Shown here piece after piece: positions 55,502 through 64,000 of a stretch of 64,000 nt of DNA. The translations under genes and the position numbers were made by a program. The DNA comes from a virus (Duplodnaviria > Caudoviricetes): positions 32,001 to 96,000 of IMG/VR virus record IMGVR_UViG_3300020576_002947; one strand, written 5' to 3'. Numbering within the stretch: the stretch's first letter is position 1; the number at the start of each line of letters is the position of its first letter. Below the pieces are notes generated by a model, which worked only from the letters and a program-made list of their open reading frames with translations, did no database searches and was not told where the DNA came from.

Positions 55502-55734
55502 TGGAAGCACCTAATACCTTCTTAGGAAAAGATCTAGCTGATTATCTTGAAGAAGCTCCTCAATTTATAATAATTAACAAGCTACGGAATAAGAATATGT
55601 ATATTCCTTATGTTAAGGAAAAGTATATTTTATATTCTATAATGGATATGAAGACTACCCTTACTACATGGTCTACTACTCAATTAAGGTGTAAACTGAT
55701 GGATGAGAAACCTGAGCTGTTGGTAATGATATGA
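55501..55734 (+). CDS. Hypothetical protein ending ELLVMI
   Basis: Coupled ORF. Confidence 0.55.
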   Translation: MEAPNTFLGKDLADYLEEAPQFIIINKLRNKNMYIPYVKEKYILYSIMDMKTTLTTWSTTQLRCKLMDEKPELLVMI

Positions 55735-55916
55735 ATCCTAATCTTTGGAATCGTTATGATATTACTGATGTCACCATTGATAGTGATGGTGACATACAAA
55801 ATGGTCTCTTATGGTATGCAAAAATGTTTACAACTATGAGTAGCGAACCTTACCATTATTTATATAAAGATTTTAGACCAAAAGATAAGGAAGAGGAGTT
55901 ACTGGTAATGATATGA
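55731..55916 (+). CDS. Hypothetical protein ending ELLVMI
   Basis: Coupled ORF. Confidence 0.55.
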   Translation: MNPNLWNRYDITDVTIDSDGDIQNGLLWYAKMFTTMSSEPYHYLYKDFRPKDKEEELLVMI

Positions 55917-56185
55917 GTACGTACGAAGAAGATCTTAAGTCTATTCAGATGTACACAATAAATCCAATACTAAAGTCTCTTTGTGAAGAGATCCTATCAC
56001 CAAAGCTCTCTAATTGCCTCTCAGAGGCTCAGAGAGACGTTGCGCGTATATTCCTTGGTGATAGGCCCCTTACAGCTGAAATGGTTGGATTAAGGTCAGA
56101 AGATCTATTAAATAAATTTAGAAAGCAGGAAGCAAAATCTTATTGGAAAGAAGTTAGAGAAAAAGAGTTCTATGAACAAGAGTAA
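55913..56185 (+). CDS. Hypothetical protein
   Basis: Coupled ORF. Confidence 0.55.
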   Translation: MSTYEEDLKSIQMYTINPILKSLCEEILSPKLSNCLSEAQRDVARIFLGDRPLTAEMVGLRSEDLLNKFRKQEAKSYWKEVREKEFYEQE

Positions 56186-56774
56186 TATTTTTATAGATTT
56201 TGAAACTACTGGTGTTAATCCTGATCAAGATCAGGTTATCCAGATGTCAGCTTTAAAAGTTGAGAATGGTAATAGGTTTCTATTTAATAAGTACCTAGTT
56301 CCTACAGTACCAATACATCCAATGGCTAGTAAGGCCAATGGTTTAACATTAGAGATGCTGAAGAAGATAGGCTCTAAGAGCACTATCTTAGCATGGGCTG
56401 AGTTTTTTGATTTCATTAGTTACGGTGATAAGATCATAGGTCATAATATCATAGCTTTTGATAATAAGTTTGCTGCTAAGGCAGCTTCTACACATCATCT
56501 ACTTTCTCCTATTCTAGATCATAAGATCATTGATACGGCTATGATTTGTAAAGGTAAAAACCTTGGCATATACCAACAAGAATGGGAAAGCCATGTGGAT
56601 TATTGTGCTAGAGTTCATAGTATAAGGGCTTGGGGTGTTAAGTACAACCTTGCTTACGAATGTTTTAAAAGAAAGATAGATACAACTAGATTTCATTTGC
56701 ACTCATCAGAACAAGATGTTCGTGTTAATGAATTACTTTATAACTGCTTGGTAAATGAAGGTCTTATTATATGA
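56172..56774 (+). CDS. DEDDh 3'-5' exonuclease (DnaQ-like)
   Basis: IDFETTG, GHN...FD, IDT, H....DV. Confidence 0.9.
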   Translation: MNKSNIFIDFETTGVNPDQDQVIQMSALKVENGNRFLFNKYLVPTVPIHPMASKANGLTLEMLKKIGSKSTILAWAEFFDFISYGDKIIGHNIIAFDNKFAAKAASTHHLLSPILDHKIIDTAMICKGKNLGIYQQEWESHVDYCARVHSIRAWGVKYNLAYECFKRKIDTTRFHLHSSEQDVRVNELLYNCLVNEGLII

Positions 56775-57277
56775 ACAAAGAACAACAAATCGAAGAACTA
56801 AAGCGTAGAAAAGAATTTATAGATCAAGAGTTAGTCAGACTATCCTCAGAGTCTAATGATCTAGAAGGTAAACTAAAAAGTCTTAATTTTATTTGTTTTA
56901 ATAATGGTTTTTGGGTTAGAACTGATAGGATGGGGAAGATCGAAGAAAAGTGGGGATTCACTATTGATTCAAAAGACCCTACTTATAGTCTTTCTTATAT
57001 TGAGCCTGCTGAATCATTTCTTATCTACCAAACAAGTGCTTTAGATAAAGCTTGCGAGATACTAGACATGTACTTTAAGGATCGAAAGCCTTATACATTT
57101 AAGTTTACTGGAGAAGTCTCAGTAATAACAAAAGCTGACGCTGAGACAACTAAGAAGTTTCTTACTAAGTCATTACAGGAGTTAACAGAAGATATAGGAA
57201 TGTCTTTTAGGGCAGATGTATCTGAACCTGTGTTTTATGTTAAGGACATCAAAGTAGATCAGGATATTCTACCATGA
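56771..57277 (+). CDS. Hypothetical protein with N-terminal coiled coil
   Basis: IEELKRRKEFIDQEL. Confidence 0.55.
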   Translation: MNKEQQIEELKRRKEFIDQELVRLSSESNDLEGKLKSLNFICFNNGFWVRTDRMGKIEEKWGFTIDSKDPTYSLSYIEPAESFLIYQTSALDKACEILDMYFKDRKPYTFKFTGEVSVITKADAETTKKFLTKSLQELTEDIGMSFRADVSEPVFYVKDIKVDQDILP

Positions 57278-57576
57278 TTACGATCAAAGCATCACAATTC
57301 TATGCTTCTCTTCAAAGATATGTTTTTATTCCTTTAGATTGTGAGATGGACCCTAAGACAAGACTTCCTGTAGATACAAGTACTATAGTCATTATGGACA
57401 TCGATGATGTCTTAACTGTTGGTACTCCTATGGTTGATGACGAAGAACTAGTCCTACATGCTGTACTAGAACCTGATGAACTTCTTCCATTTGAGCTAGA
57501 CAGGGATAGGGATGACGATGAAGATACTAAGATTACAGAATGGTTTGAAGATCCAATAGATGACGACGATGAATAA
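57274..57576 (+). CDS. Acidic hypothetical protein
   Basis: Coupled ORF. Confidence 0.55.
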   Translation: MITIKASQFYASLQRYVFIPLDCEMDPKTRLPVDTSTIVIMDIDDVLTVGTPMVDDEELVLHAVLEPDELLPFELDRDRDDDEDTKITEWFEDPIDDDDE

Positions 57577-57654
57577 CAACATCAAAGTATCAAATTAGGG
57601 TTTTGAAAGGAGTTTAATAGTTATGTCAAATAAAAGTAAAATCAAAATATCAAC

Positions 57655-58110
57655 ATGACTAAAGTCATAAGTCTAAGTAACATTAGCCCTTTAAGCTACG
57701 CGTTTTCTATGCTTCCTAAAAATATACAGGAAAGGGCTTTATCAGATATAGTCTTAGCTGGAAACGCTTCTTGGGTTCATAACTACGACTCCTTTAGATA
57801 TCAAGATATTAATTATGATTACACTGATAATCCTCATGTAGCTTATACTTATCATTCTTTTGACAAGCAAACAACTCTTTTCTTACCAAAACAAGAAATG
57901 ACTGTTGATGTATGCATACATGAATTAGCTCATGTGATCCATGAATCTTTATGGTTTGAGGACTTTGATCTTGATCCATGTACCGAATATGCAGAACATG
58001 ATTACTATGAGTGTTTTGCTGAGGCTTTTACTGCTTACTTCTTTCCTAATTACGGGAATCTATCTAAACACTCTTACCAGACAATAGAACACATTTTACG
58101 AACATCATGA
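57655..58110 (+). CDS. Zinc metallopeptidase (HExxH...E.FAE)
   Basis: IHELAHVIH, TEYA...ECFAEAF. Confidence 0.75.
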   Translation: MTKVISLSNISPLSYAFSMLPKNIQERALSDIVLAGNASWVHNYDSFRYQDINYDYTDNPHVAYTYHSFDKQTTLFLPKQEMTVDVCIHELAHVIHESLWFEDFDLDPCTEYAEHDYYECFAEAFTAYFFPNYGNLSKHSYQTIEHILRTS

Positions 58111-58508
58111 AACCATCTCTTTCTCAATTAGACGAGTATAGACTTAAATTACAACTAGATAATATCTATTCTTCTGTAGCTGAATATGCTATTCAACATT
58201 ATGGTAGTAAACCTGAGTATGTTGCATGGGATACTGATTATGATGGGGAATACAACTATGTTTGTGACTTTTACATCCTTCTAGAAAATGGAGAAAAGAT
58301 TACCTTCAGAGCTGAGTATTCAGAAGATTCTAAAAAGACTGAATGGGATCTTGATGAAATGGATGAACGTATGGGTGAGGCTTATCAAGATTGGTTCTAC
58401 GAAATAAAGGATTATATGGAAACAGATTGTTCAAACTGTTTGTACCCTTTTAGATCAAGTCTTGAATTTGACTTGATCGTTGTATCTGCTGCTTCGGTGT
58501 GTATTTAA
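58107..58508 (+). CDS. Acidic hypothetical protein
   Basis: Coupled ORF. Confidence 0.55.
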   Translation: MKPSLSQLDEYRLKLQLDNIYSSVAEYAIQHYGSKPEYVAWDTDYDGEYNYVCDFYILLENGEKITFRAEYSEDSKKTEWDLDEMDERMGEAYQDWFYEIKDYMETDCSNCLYPFRSSLEFDLIVVSAASVCI

Positions 58509-58509
58509 T

Positions 58510-58827
58510 ATGTCAATTACAATTTTAACTATACTTAGTATTAGTGCTGGCGTAATCGCAAGCTTTTATGATAAATGGAAGAAATACTTTCTTTATAAAG
58601 AATCACTAGGTTTCCTTATCTTTAGTTTACTATGCTCTTTTAGTGTTGCGTCACTCTTCTCAATAACACCTTATAAGATAATCAATCCTTGGAGTGCTTC
58701 TTTTTACAGTACTGTAATAGCTTATGTCTTTTTTAGTGAGCTACATAAATACATTCTTACTTCTTTCTTAGTCCTAATGATTGACATGGAAGATGAGATC
58801 GATTCTTTCCCAGAGCTTAAAAAATGA
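58510..58827 (+). CDS. Membrane protein (about 3 TM)
   Basis: Several hydrophobic segments. Confidence 0.55.
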   Translation: MSITILTILSISAGVIASFYDKWKKYFLYKESLGFLIFSLLCSFSVASLFSITPYKIINPWSASFYSTVIAYVFFSELHKYILTSFLVLMIDMEDEIDSFPELKK

Positions 58828-59321
58828 GTGATTTCAAATACAAACCTTTAGAAGAGCATATACTAAAGACAGCCAAAGTTGACACAACAATATCTAGTGT
58901 TAGACTAGAGACCTTAAAGCCACTCTATGACTATACATGTAAGACATATCAAGAGGCTTCTTTTGAGTATGGAAAAGGTCTTAAAAGTTTTCTTGGTGAA
59001 GATCCTGATAGCTTGCTAGAGGATCATGACTTAGAGTATGACGATATATATGATTCAGATGGGATAGATACTAAGTATGTAGGTTTTATCTTAGAAGGTA
59101 CGTTTTTATTTGTGCCTACTGATAAACCAGGTATTTACAATCTTTTTTATGATAGCACTAACTTCATCTCTGTATGTAGACCAAGAGATGTTGACATTAA
59201 ACAAGCTACTTTCATTCAAGGAGATTTTACTATACTAGTTAATCTCTCAGAAGAGTATTTTGGTTATATAGATCGATATGAGTGTTACTACTATAACTAC
59301 TGTGACTTGGCAATGCTATGA
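58824..59321 (+). CDS. Hypothetical protein
   Basis: Coupled ORF. Confidence 0.55.
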   Translation: MSDFKYKPLEEHILKTAKVDTTISSVRLETLKPLYDYTCKTYQEASFEYGKGLKSFLGEDPDSLLEDHDLEYDDIYDSDGIDTKYVGFILEGTFLFVPTDKPGIYNLFYDSTNFISVCRPRDVDIKQATFIQGDFTILVNLSEEYFGYIDRYECYYYNYCDLAML

Positions 59322-59794
59322 AAGAAAACAAAGTAAACGTAATAATTATAGACGATAATCCTATTGTTTATACAGATGATGAAGCTTTCCTTAAAGCAAT
59401 AGACGAGCTAGATAACTCTGGTCTTGATTACGAAACGTTTATCAATTACCCTCTAAACGAATCCCCTGTACGACACTATACTCGAGTTAAGTACAGCTTT
59501 ATAGATGAAGTTATTGTTGAGACTAAGAAGATTACTGTACCTGCTCATTATCAATATCCAAGAGTGAATACAAATCCTGATTATGTAGAATTTGATATTC
59601 CTTCAGAGATTTATATTACTGAGGATATACCAGGTTCATGTAAAGAAATTCTTAACCAAATAGGTTTATATAATGAGTGTATAAGTAAAAGTCGTAAAAC
59701 TCTTATTGACACAAAAGATAACTATCAACCTAAAATATGGAATCTAGTAGAAGATTTAAAAACTATTCTAAAAGACAAAAAAGAAACGGCCTAG
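59318..59794 (+). CDS. Hypothetical protein
   Basis: Last + strand gene of the array. Confidence 0.55.
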   Translation: MKENKVNVIIIDDNPIVYTDDEAFLKAIDELDNSGLDYETFINYPLNESPVRHYTRVKYSFIDEVIVETKKITVPAHYQYPRVNTNPDYVEFDIPSEIYITEDIPGSCKEILNQIGLYNECISKSRKTLIDTKDNYQPKIWNLVEDLKTILKDKKETA

Positions 59795-59810
59795 TAATAA
59801 GGCCGTTTCT
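59782..59810. terminator. Bidirectional terminator between convergent transcription units
   Basis: AGAAACGGCCT/AGGCCGTTTCT 11-bp stem, 7-nt loop, A-run on the left gives U-tract for - strand. Confidence 0.8.
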
Positions 59811-59871
59811 ACCGATTAATGACAGACTACAAAGATCTAAACTGTTTTATCTATTATTCTCTCTTTCTCTG

Positions 59872-60258
59872 TCATTCTCCTAGCTCTCCAACAATCCTAG
59901 TACTATAAAGAACGACAGTACGTCCAGCATCTTCAAAAAGCTTGCGGATCTTTTGATACTCGGTCCATCCATATACCTTTAGGTCAAGCATAAAAGAGTT
60001 TGGATCGTCTTCAGCACTAATCAGGATTATATACTCAGTATCAAGAACAGCGTTTGCTAGCTCGTCCTCAGTTAGTGGAACCTCAACGGTAAACTCATAT
60101 TTAAACGTTCTGACAAGTGACTTATCATCTTGATTAAATGAACCTTCAATATCATTAAAAGCATTTCCAAAACCCCATGCAAAGGAAGGCTCGCCAATTT
60201 CTTTTACCTTAGCAAGAAACTCTTCTAGAGCTTCATGCTGCCAATCAGTATACTTCAT
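59872..60258 (-). CDS. Hypothetical protein
   Basis: 128-aa ORF. Confidence 0.6.
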   Translation of the reverse strand: MKYTDWQHEALEEFLAKVKEIGEPSFAWGFGNAFNDIEGSFNQDDKSLVRTFKYEFTVEVPLTEDELANAVLDTEYIILISAEDDPNSFMLDLKVYGWTEYQKIRKLFEDAGRTVVLYSTRIVGELGE

Positions 60259-60292
60259 TAAAAACCACTCCTATATTCAAAATTTTTATTCA

Positions 60293-60952
60293 TTATATTA
60301 ATACCCAGCCTTTCGCTGTTTTTACTTTTCCTCTTAATAAATCACCTAAGTGTGTTCCAGATATTCCTAACTGGTTACTTAAAGAACTTATATCACTATC
60401 TACTACAATAATATCAGAGCCTCTCTGTATTTTTTTACCTAAGTATTTAGCTCTAATTGGTTGATAATCTGATGTACTTAAAATCCAATTACCTGTAGAT
60501 TTAAGATTACCTCTAAGTACCTCAGCCAAATGGAATTGATCCAACTTAAGCTGTTGAGCTAAAGACGAGATAGAGCCTTGGTAATTTTCGATTACTTCAC
60601 CAGATACTACATTTTTAATACTTAGAAGAATTGAATATTGCTCTTTCTTCAGACCACTAAAAGCAGAGTTAGCCTTTTTATTGAGATTAAGACAGTAATC
60701 ATCAGCTCCAAATAAATCAATGTATTCCTGCTCTCGATCAAATTTTATATCTACTGGAACTTCTTCTAGTACCATAAAGTTAGGTTTACCATATTTCTTA
60801 TAGCATCTGTCAACTCTTGTATTATGATGGGTTCCACTTTTAAGCTCCACAAGATGTTTTGCGAATCTAACTTTAGGAAATTGGCTGGTACTTCCTATGT
60901 AATAGTAGGAAGTACCAGGAAACCACAAAAGATAAATACAAGCTTTGACCAT
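60293..60952 (-). CDS. Free-standing GIY-YIG homing endonuclease with two NUMOD1-like HTH repeats
   Basis: CIY...YYIGST, R...H...L..G.H.N, E..YI, N; repeats SISSL..QL.....HL..VLRG..K....W. Confidence 0.88.
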   Translation of the reverse strand: MVKACIYLLWFPGTSYYYIGSTSQFPKVRFAKHLVELKSGTHHNTRVDRCYKKYGKPNFMVLEEVPVDIKFDREQEYIDLFGADDYCLNLNKKANSAFSGLKKEQYSILLSIKNVVSGEVIENYQGSISSLAQQLKLDQFHLAEVLRGNLKSTGNWILSTSDYQPIRAKYLGKKIQRGSDIIVVDSDISSLSNQLGISGTHLGDLLRGKVKTAKGWVLI

Positions 60953-60956
60953 AAAC

Positions 60957-61550
60957 TTAGAAACCGCTTTTAGAAAAATGCATAGCATCACAACGACTGC
61001 CTGACCATCTAGCGCCTGCTGTCCAGCCATAGCTTTCAAAGATCTTAATTACCCACTCAGGCATGGTATATCTATGATTCCCAAGTCCGTTCTTTACAGG
61101 GTTAATATCAATAGCAATACCCCACGAGTGTGAAGATAGCTTACTACCACCACGAACAAGTCGATGGTTATATGTACCACCAAACTCTCTAAGACCTAGC
61201 TTATCAAGCTCCTTAAGAGTAAGCAGATCATAGTCCATTGTAGTAAGACCAGGATTTTCTGCTTTTACTACGAACCTTATATTAAGTGCAATCTCATTTA
61301 GGATATGAGGAAGATCAACAGCCTTCTTATGCACAGTTGCTGTAGTAACGTATGTCTTACTATCCCAAGCAAGTCTCATACTATAAGGCAATACAACCTT
61401 AACAAGATTTTCCTTTTGCCATGAAGCAGATGCTTTTGTGCCTGGATCTCCATATACACGATAGCACGCAGCTCTGGAAGTTGTAGCAGGCTCCAAGTTT
61501 AAAGCTTTAATAGCTTCCAAACTAAATCGTTTAGGGTTATTAATTACCAT
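60957..61550 (-). CDS. Peptidase M15 family endolysin
   Basis: GTYNHR, SSHSWGIAIDIN, W.AG..W...DAMHF. Confidence 0.88.
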   Translation of the reverse strand: MVINNPKRFSLEAIKALNLEPATTSRAACYRVYGDPGTKASASWQKENLVKVVLPYSMRLAWDSKTYVTTATVHKKAVDLPHILNEIALNIRFVVKAENPGLTTMDYDLLTLKELDKLGLREFGGTYNHRLVRGGSKLSSHSWGIAIDINPVKNGLGNHRYTMPEWVIKIFESYGWTAGARWSGSRCDAMHFSKSGF

Positions 61551-61773
61551 CTTCTTTCACCTTCTTAGAAGCTCGCTTCTTAATAGCATTAACTGCTTTC
61601 TCAATTACAACATTTACTTCTTGCTTTACTTCCTCTTTAGCAAAATCAATAATGACTTCCTTTAGTGGGGGAGTCTCAGTATTCTTCTGCTCTTTCTGCA
61701 GAGTTTTAACTATCTTAGACTCACTACCCCATTTAAATAGAATAGTGAGCCACCTTTTAATCTTTTCAAACAT
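61540..61773 (-). CDS. Small basic protein upstream of endolysin
   Basis: Amphipathic N-terminus MFEKIKRWLTILF; no clear TM. Confidence 0.55.
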   Translation of the reverse strand: MFEKIKRWLTILFKWGSESKIVKTLQKEQKNTETPPLKEVIIDFAKEEVKQEVNVVIEKAVNAIKKRASKKVKEDGN

Positions 61774-61776
61774 AAT

Positions 61777-62370
61777 TTATACCAGCAAATCACCAGCCTT
61801 AGCAGCAATAGGAGTGGTCTGTGCAGCATTGCTAGCACCACTAAGAAACATTGCTGTTAGAATAGCAGTCTTAACCATCTCTTCAGTAAACCTAATATTG
61901 GTGCTGTTGAAGAAGTTTGTAAGGCCAGCACTACGAATAAGCTCATTCATATCCATAAGCTCGTACTGCTTAGCAGTCAGAGTCCTTACGAAGATCTGAA
62001 ACTCATTCAGTCCTTCAAGCTGTTCGGGAGCAGAAGGCATAAAAGCACCAATCTTTTCAGACTGTACCTGAACCTTCTTGAGGTCGTTATTAAGTCCATC
62101 AATGATTGGAGCAAGCTCTTCATCAGTTGGATCTTCATTGATTACACTACGAATAAGCTCAATTGTAACAAAGTTACCTGCTAGCGTATGCTGAATAGCA
62201 GGGCAGAGCTCCTCAATAGCAATTACTGTTAGGATAGGGTCCTTTAGAAGGAAACTACGAATTAGTTCAGGGAGTAGAACTGTCTGAACACTCAGAATCT
62301 GAGCTTCCAGGTCCTGTGTTAGGATCTCCCAACTTTCTTTTCTTGCTTTTACTGCGTCTAGGCTTGTCAT
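61777..62370 (-). CDS. Hypothetical helical protein
   Basis: 197-aa ORF. Confidence 0.6.
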   Translation of the reverse strand: MTSLDAVKARKESWEILTQDLEAQILSVQTVLLPELIRSFLLKDPILTVIAIEELCPAIQHTLAGNFVTIELIRSVINEDPTDEELAPIIDGLNNDLKKVQVQSEKIGAFMPSAPEQLEGLNEFQIFVRTLTAKQYELMDMNELIRSAGLTNFFNSTNIRFTEEMVKTAILTAMFLSGASNAAQTTPIAAKAGDLLV

Positions 62371-62441
62371 CTTTCAGTACCTTTGGTCTAAGAGCATCTT
62401 CTGCTCTCACTAAATTTCCTTTAGTATCTCTAATGTATATC

Positions 62442-62903
62442 TCATCCATTGTTTAATATACGACTTTTGGCAATGTCGTACTCCTTAATTCTTCTATTAG
62501 TCTCAGCTCTGGGAAATCCAAAACCTTTTATTATTTCTTTTACAGTAATCTCTGAGTCTTCAGTAGCTTTCATTACCTCAGGAAGTAGTTTTACTGTATT
62601 TAGAATGTCTTCATAACTCCTTCCTTCAAACTTAAACACTATATCCATGATCCTAGATATATTTGAGATAGAAAGACTTGCTGTTACTGAGGCTCCAGTA
62701 CCTTTAGAAGTACCATACATGATTTGAGGAATCCCATTTGAAACAAATATATCTTCATTAAAGATTCCAACAAAGTTAGTTTTTATACTCTCTCTTTCTG
62801 CAAGGTATAAAATTAAATTGATTGTATTCTCATCAGTTATCTTATACACCTTTTTCAATAAAAATATAGATGCCTGATAACGAGGAGTGGAAAGCTTATT
62901 CAA
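62442..62903 (-). CDS. Panacea/SocA (DUF4065)-like protein, divergent
   Basis: ILYLAERE.......I....F.....P and LPE...I...EI...G resemble the KLLYLADR...GP / LPEW pattern. Confidence 0.45.
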   Translation of the reverse strand: MNKLSTPRYQASIFLLKKVYKITDENTINLILYLAERESIKTNFVGIFNEDIFVSNGIPQIMYGTSKGTGASVTASLSISNISRIMDIVFKFEGRSYEDILNTVKLLPEVMKATEDSEITVKEIIKGFGFPRAETNRRIKEYDIAKSRILNNG

Positions 62904-63294
62904 TAATCACCTCTTCCACAACGTTATCTGATACTATACTATACGTTATCTTAGGTAAAATCTTATTAATATAAAGCTTTTGCCCATCTTTCCTAACCAT
63001 GTTGTATAAAGGGGCGGACTCATCGTCTGGGTTACAGAAGAAAATATGCACCTCCTCAGCAAGAGGAAGATTCTTTATTACCTGAACTAAATAATCAAAG
63101 TTTTTAAAATTGATTGTAGTAAGAGGATCTGTTTCATACAGAGTATCTTTTGAGAACTTAGTAAATGTAAAAGTAGAAGCTACTTGTTTTACTTCCGCTA
63201 TTTGGATTTCCTCGCCAGGGTAATTCCCAAGCATAATTCTAGCACTTCTAGATAAGTCTTTTAAGAAATAGCCTATATAGTTATTTTCGATCAT
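62896..63294 (-). CDS. Hypothetical protein
   Basis: Coupled ORF. Confidence 0.55.
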   Translation of the reverse strand: MIENNYIGYFLKDLSRSARIMLGNYPGEEIQIAEVKQVASTFTFTKFSKDTLYETDPLTTINFKNFDYLVQVIKNLPLAEEVHIFFCNPDDESAPLYNMVRKDGQKLYINKILPKITYSIVSDNVVEEVIIE

Positions 63295-63614
63295 AATACA
63301 ATTCCTTCATTTAATGTCATTATTATTACTCTGGAAGTATTACCACCAAAGTTGTACATGTAAGGTATCCGAGTCAGGTACTTATTAGCTCTGATCTCAG
63401 AACTACAAACACCAACAGCTTTATCTAAGTTAATAAAGTGCTTATTTCGTGAACATAGCCACGAACCTTCCTTTTTAAGGTAGGTAGATTTTTTTTGATA
63501 TTTTAAAATATTAAACTTTCTAGACGCAATTTCATCTAGATCAGTAAAATAATCTATCCGTTTACTGTAAAGTTGAGGTGGTATTGCTGAATGAGATTGT
63601 TCCATTGTATTCAA
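63291..63614 (-). CDS. Hypothetical protein
   Basis: Coupled ORF; start uncertain. Confidence 0.5.
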   Translation of the reverse strand: MNTMEQSHSAIPPQLYSKRIDYFTDLDEIASRKFNILKYQKKSTYLKKEGSWLCSRNKHFINLDKAVGVCSSEIRANKYLTRIPYMYNFGGNTSRVIIMTLNEGIVL

Positions 63615-63981
63615 ACCCGTAAATCTTTTTTATATCTTCTGAGATAAAATCTAAGTAATCGTTTAGTCTAATATGGTCTAAGGATTTTTCCTTAGCCTTA
63701 ACTAGCTTAACTCTTGTAATCTTCTTATCATTATTTTTCTTTAGCCGGTTACTATATAGTTTTTCTATTTCTGGTGTAAAGTAACAAGGGGTAGAGTATT
63801 CTCTTCTTAGAGTATCAGTAAGTTGGTAAGCCTTGTTTGGTATGGGTATGTGTTTAAACTCAGTAGTATTAAACAAAGCCTTATGTCCGTAGTAATAGTT
63901 TACTGTAAATACAAGCGGTTGATTAAACTTAGGAGCCTGCTCTAAGTAGTTTGCAAAAGATAAATGTTCCCACCAACTCAT
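63562..63981 (-). CDS. Hypothetical protein
   Basis: 139-aa ORF, TAATG coupling to an upstream gene running off the window. Confidence 0.55.
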   Translation of the reverse strand: MSWWEHLSFANYLEQAPKFNQPLVFTVNYYYGHKALFNTTEFKHIPIPNKAYQLTDTLRREYSTPCYFTPEIEKLYSNRLKKNNDKKITRVKLVKAKEKSLDHIRLNDYLDFISEDIKKIYGFEYNGTISFSNTTSTLQ

Positions 63982-64000
63982 TAAAGCAGGGGTCTTTGAT

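Noticed and set aside
62267-62449. 60-aa - strand ORF overlapping the 197-aa gene (possible frameshift pair)
   Set aside because: No convincing slippery heptamer found; may be a real short gene but cannot be supported
1-64000. tRNA genes, CRISPR arrays, alternative genetic code, structural genes
   Set aside because: No cloverleaf/T-loop patterns or spaced repeats seen by eye; genes are intact with TAA, TAG and TGA all used as stops; no capsid or tail motifs recognised

Overview
AT-rich, gene-dense segment of a large lytic dsDNA bacteriophage genome (standard genetic code, many 1-4 nt gene overlaps). No capsid, tail or terminase genes, tRNAs, rRNA or CRISPR array are visible. Positions 1-40 kb hold the replication, recombination and nucleotide-metabolism module on the + strand: PNKP phosphatase, Rad52/Sak, class II ribonucleotide reductase with an intein, DnaB-like helicase, primase, Holliday junction resolvase, UDG, tandem GroES, dNMP kinase, split Rad50 plus Mre11, PolA with two inteins, RecA, SSB, HIRAN, GHKL ATPase, RNA ligase 1 and a MoxR/VWA pair. 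Positions 42.5-59.8 kb are a run of small accessory ORFs containing a fragmented MTase/helicase/nuclease set. Positions 59.9-64 kb are - strand genes, including a GIY-YIG endonuclease and an M15 endolysin. Two candidate novel systems stand out. (1) At 4.1-9.7 kb, an apparent phage-encoded ubiquitin-like conjugation operon: a beta-grasp protein ending ...GDSVMVTGAASWG-L, a prokaryotic E2-like protein, a ThiF/E1 and a large protein with a possible Cys-His peptidase domain, with RNA structures including an H-type pseudoknot around the Ubl gene. (2) At 10.8-13.5 kb, a highly reduced two-barrel RNA polymerase split into beta'-like (RxP...DADGD) and beta-like subunits, with a sigma-like gene at 40.4-41.0 kb. 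All family calls come from motif recognition by eye; no database searches were run.
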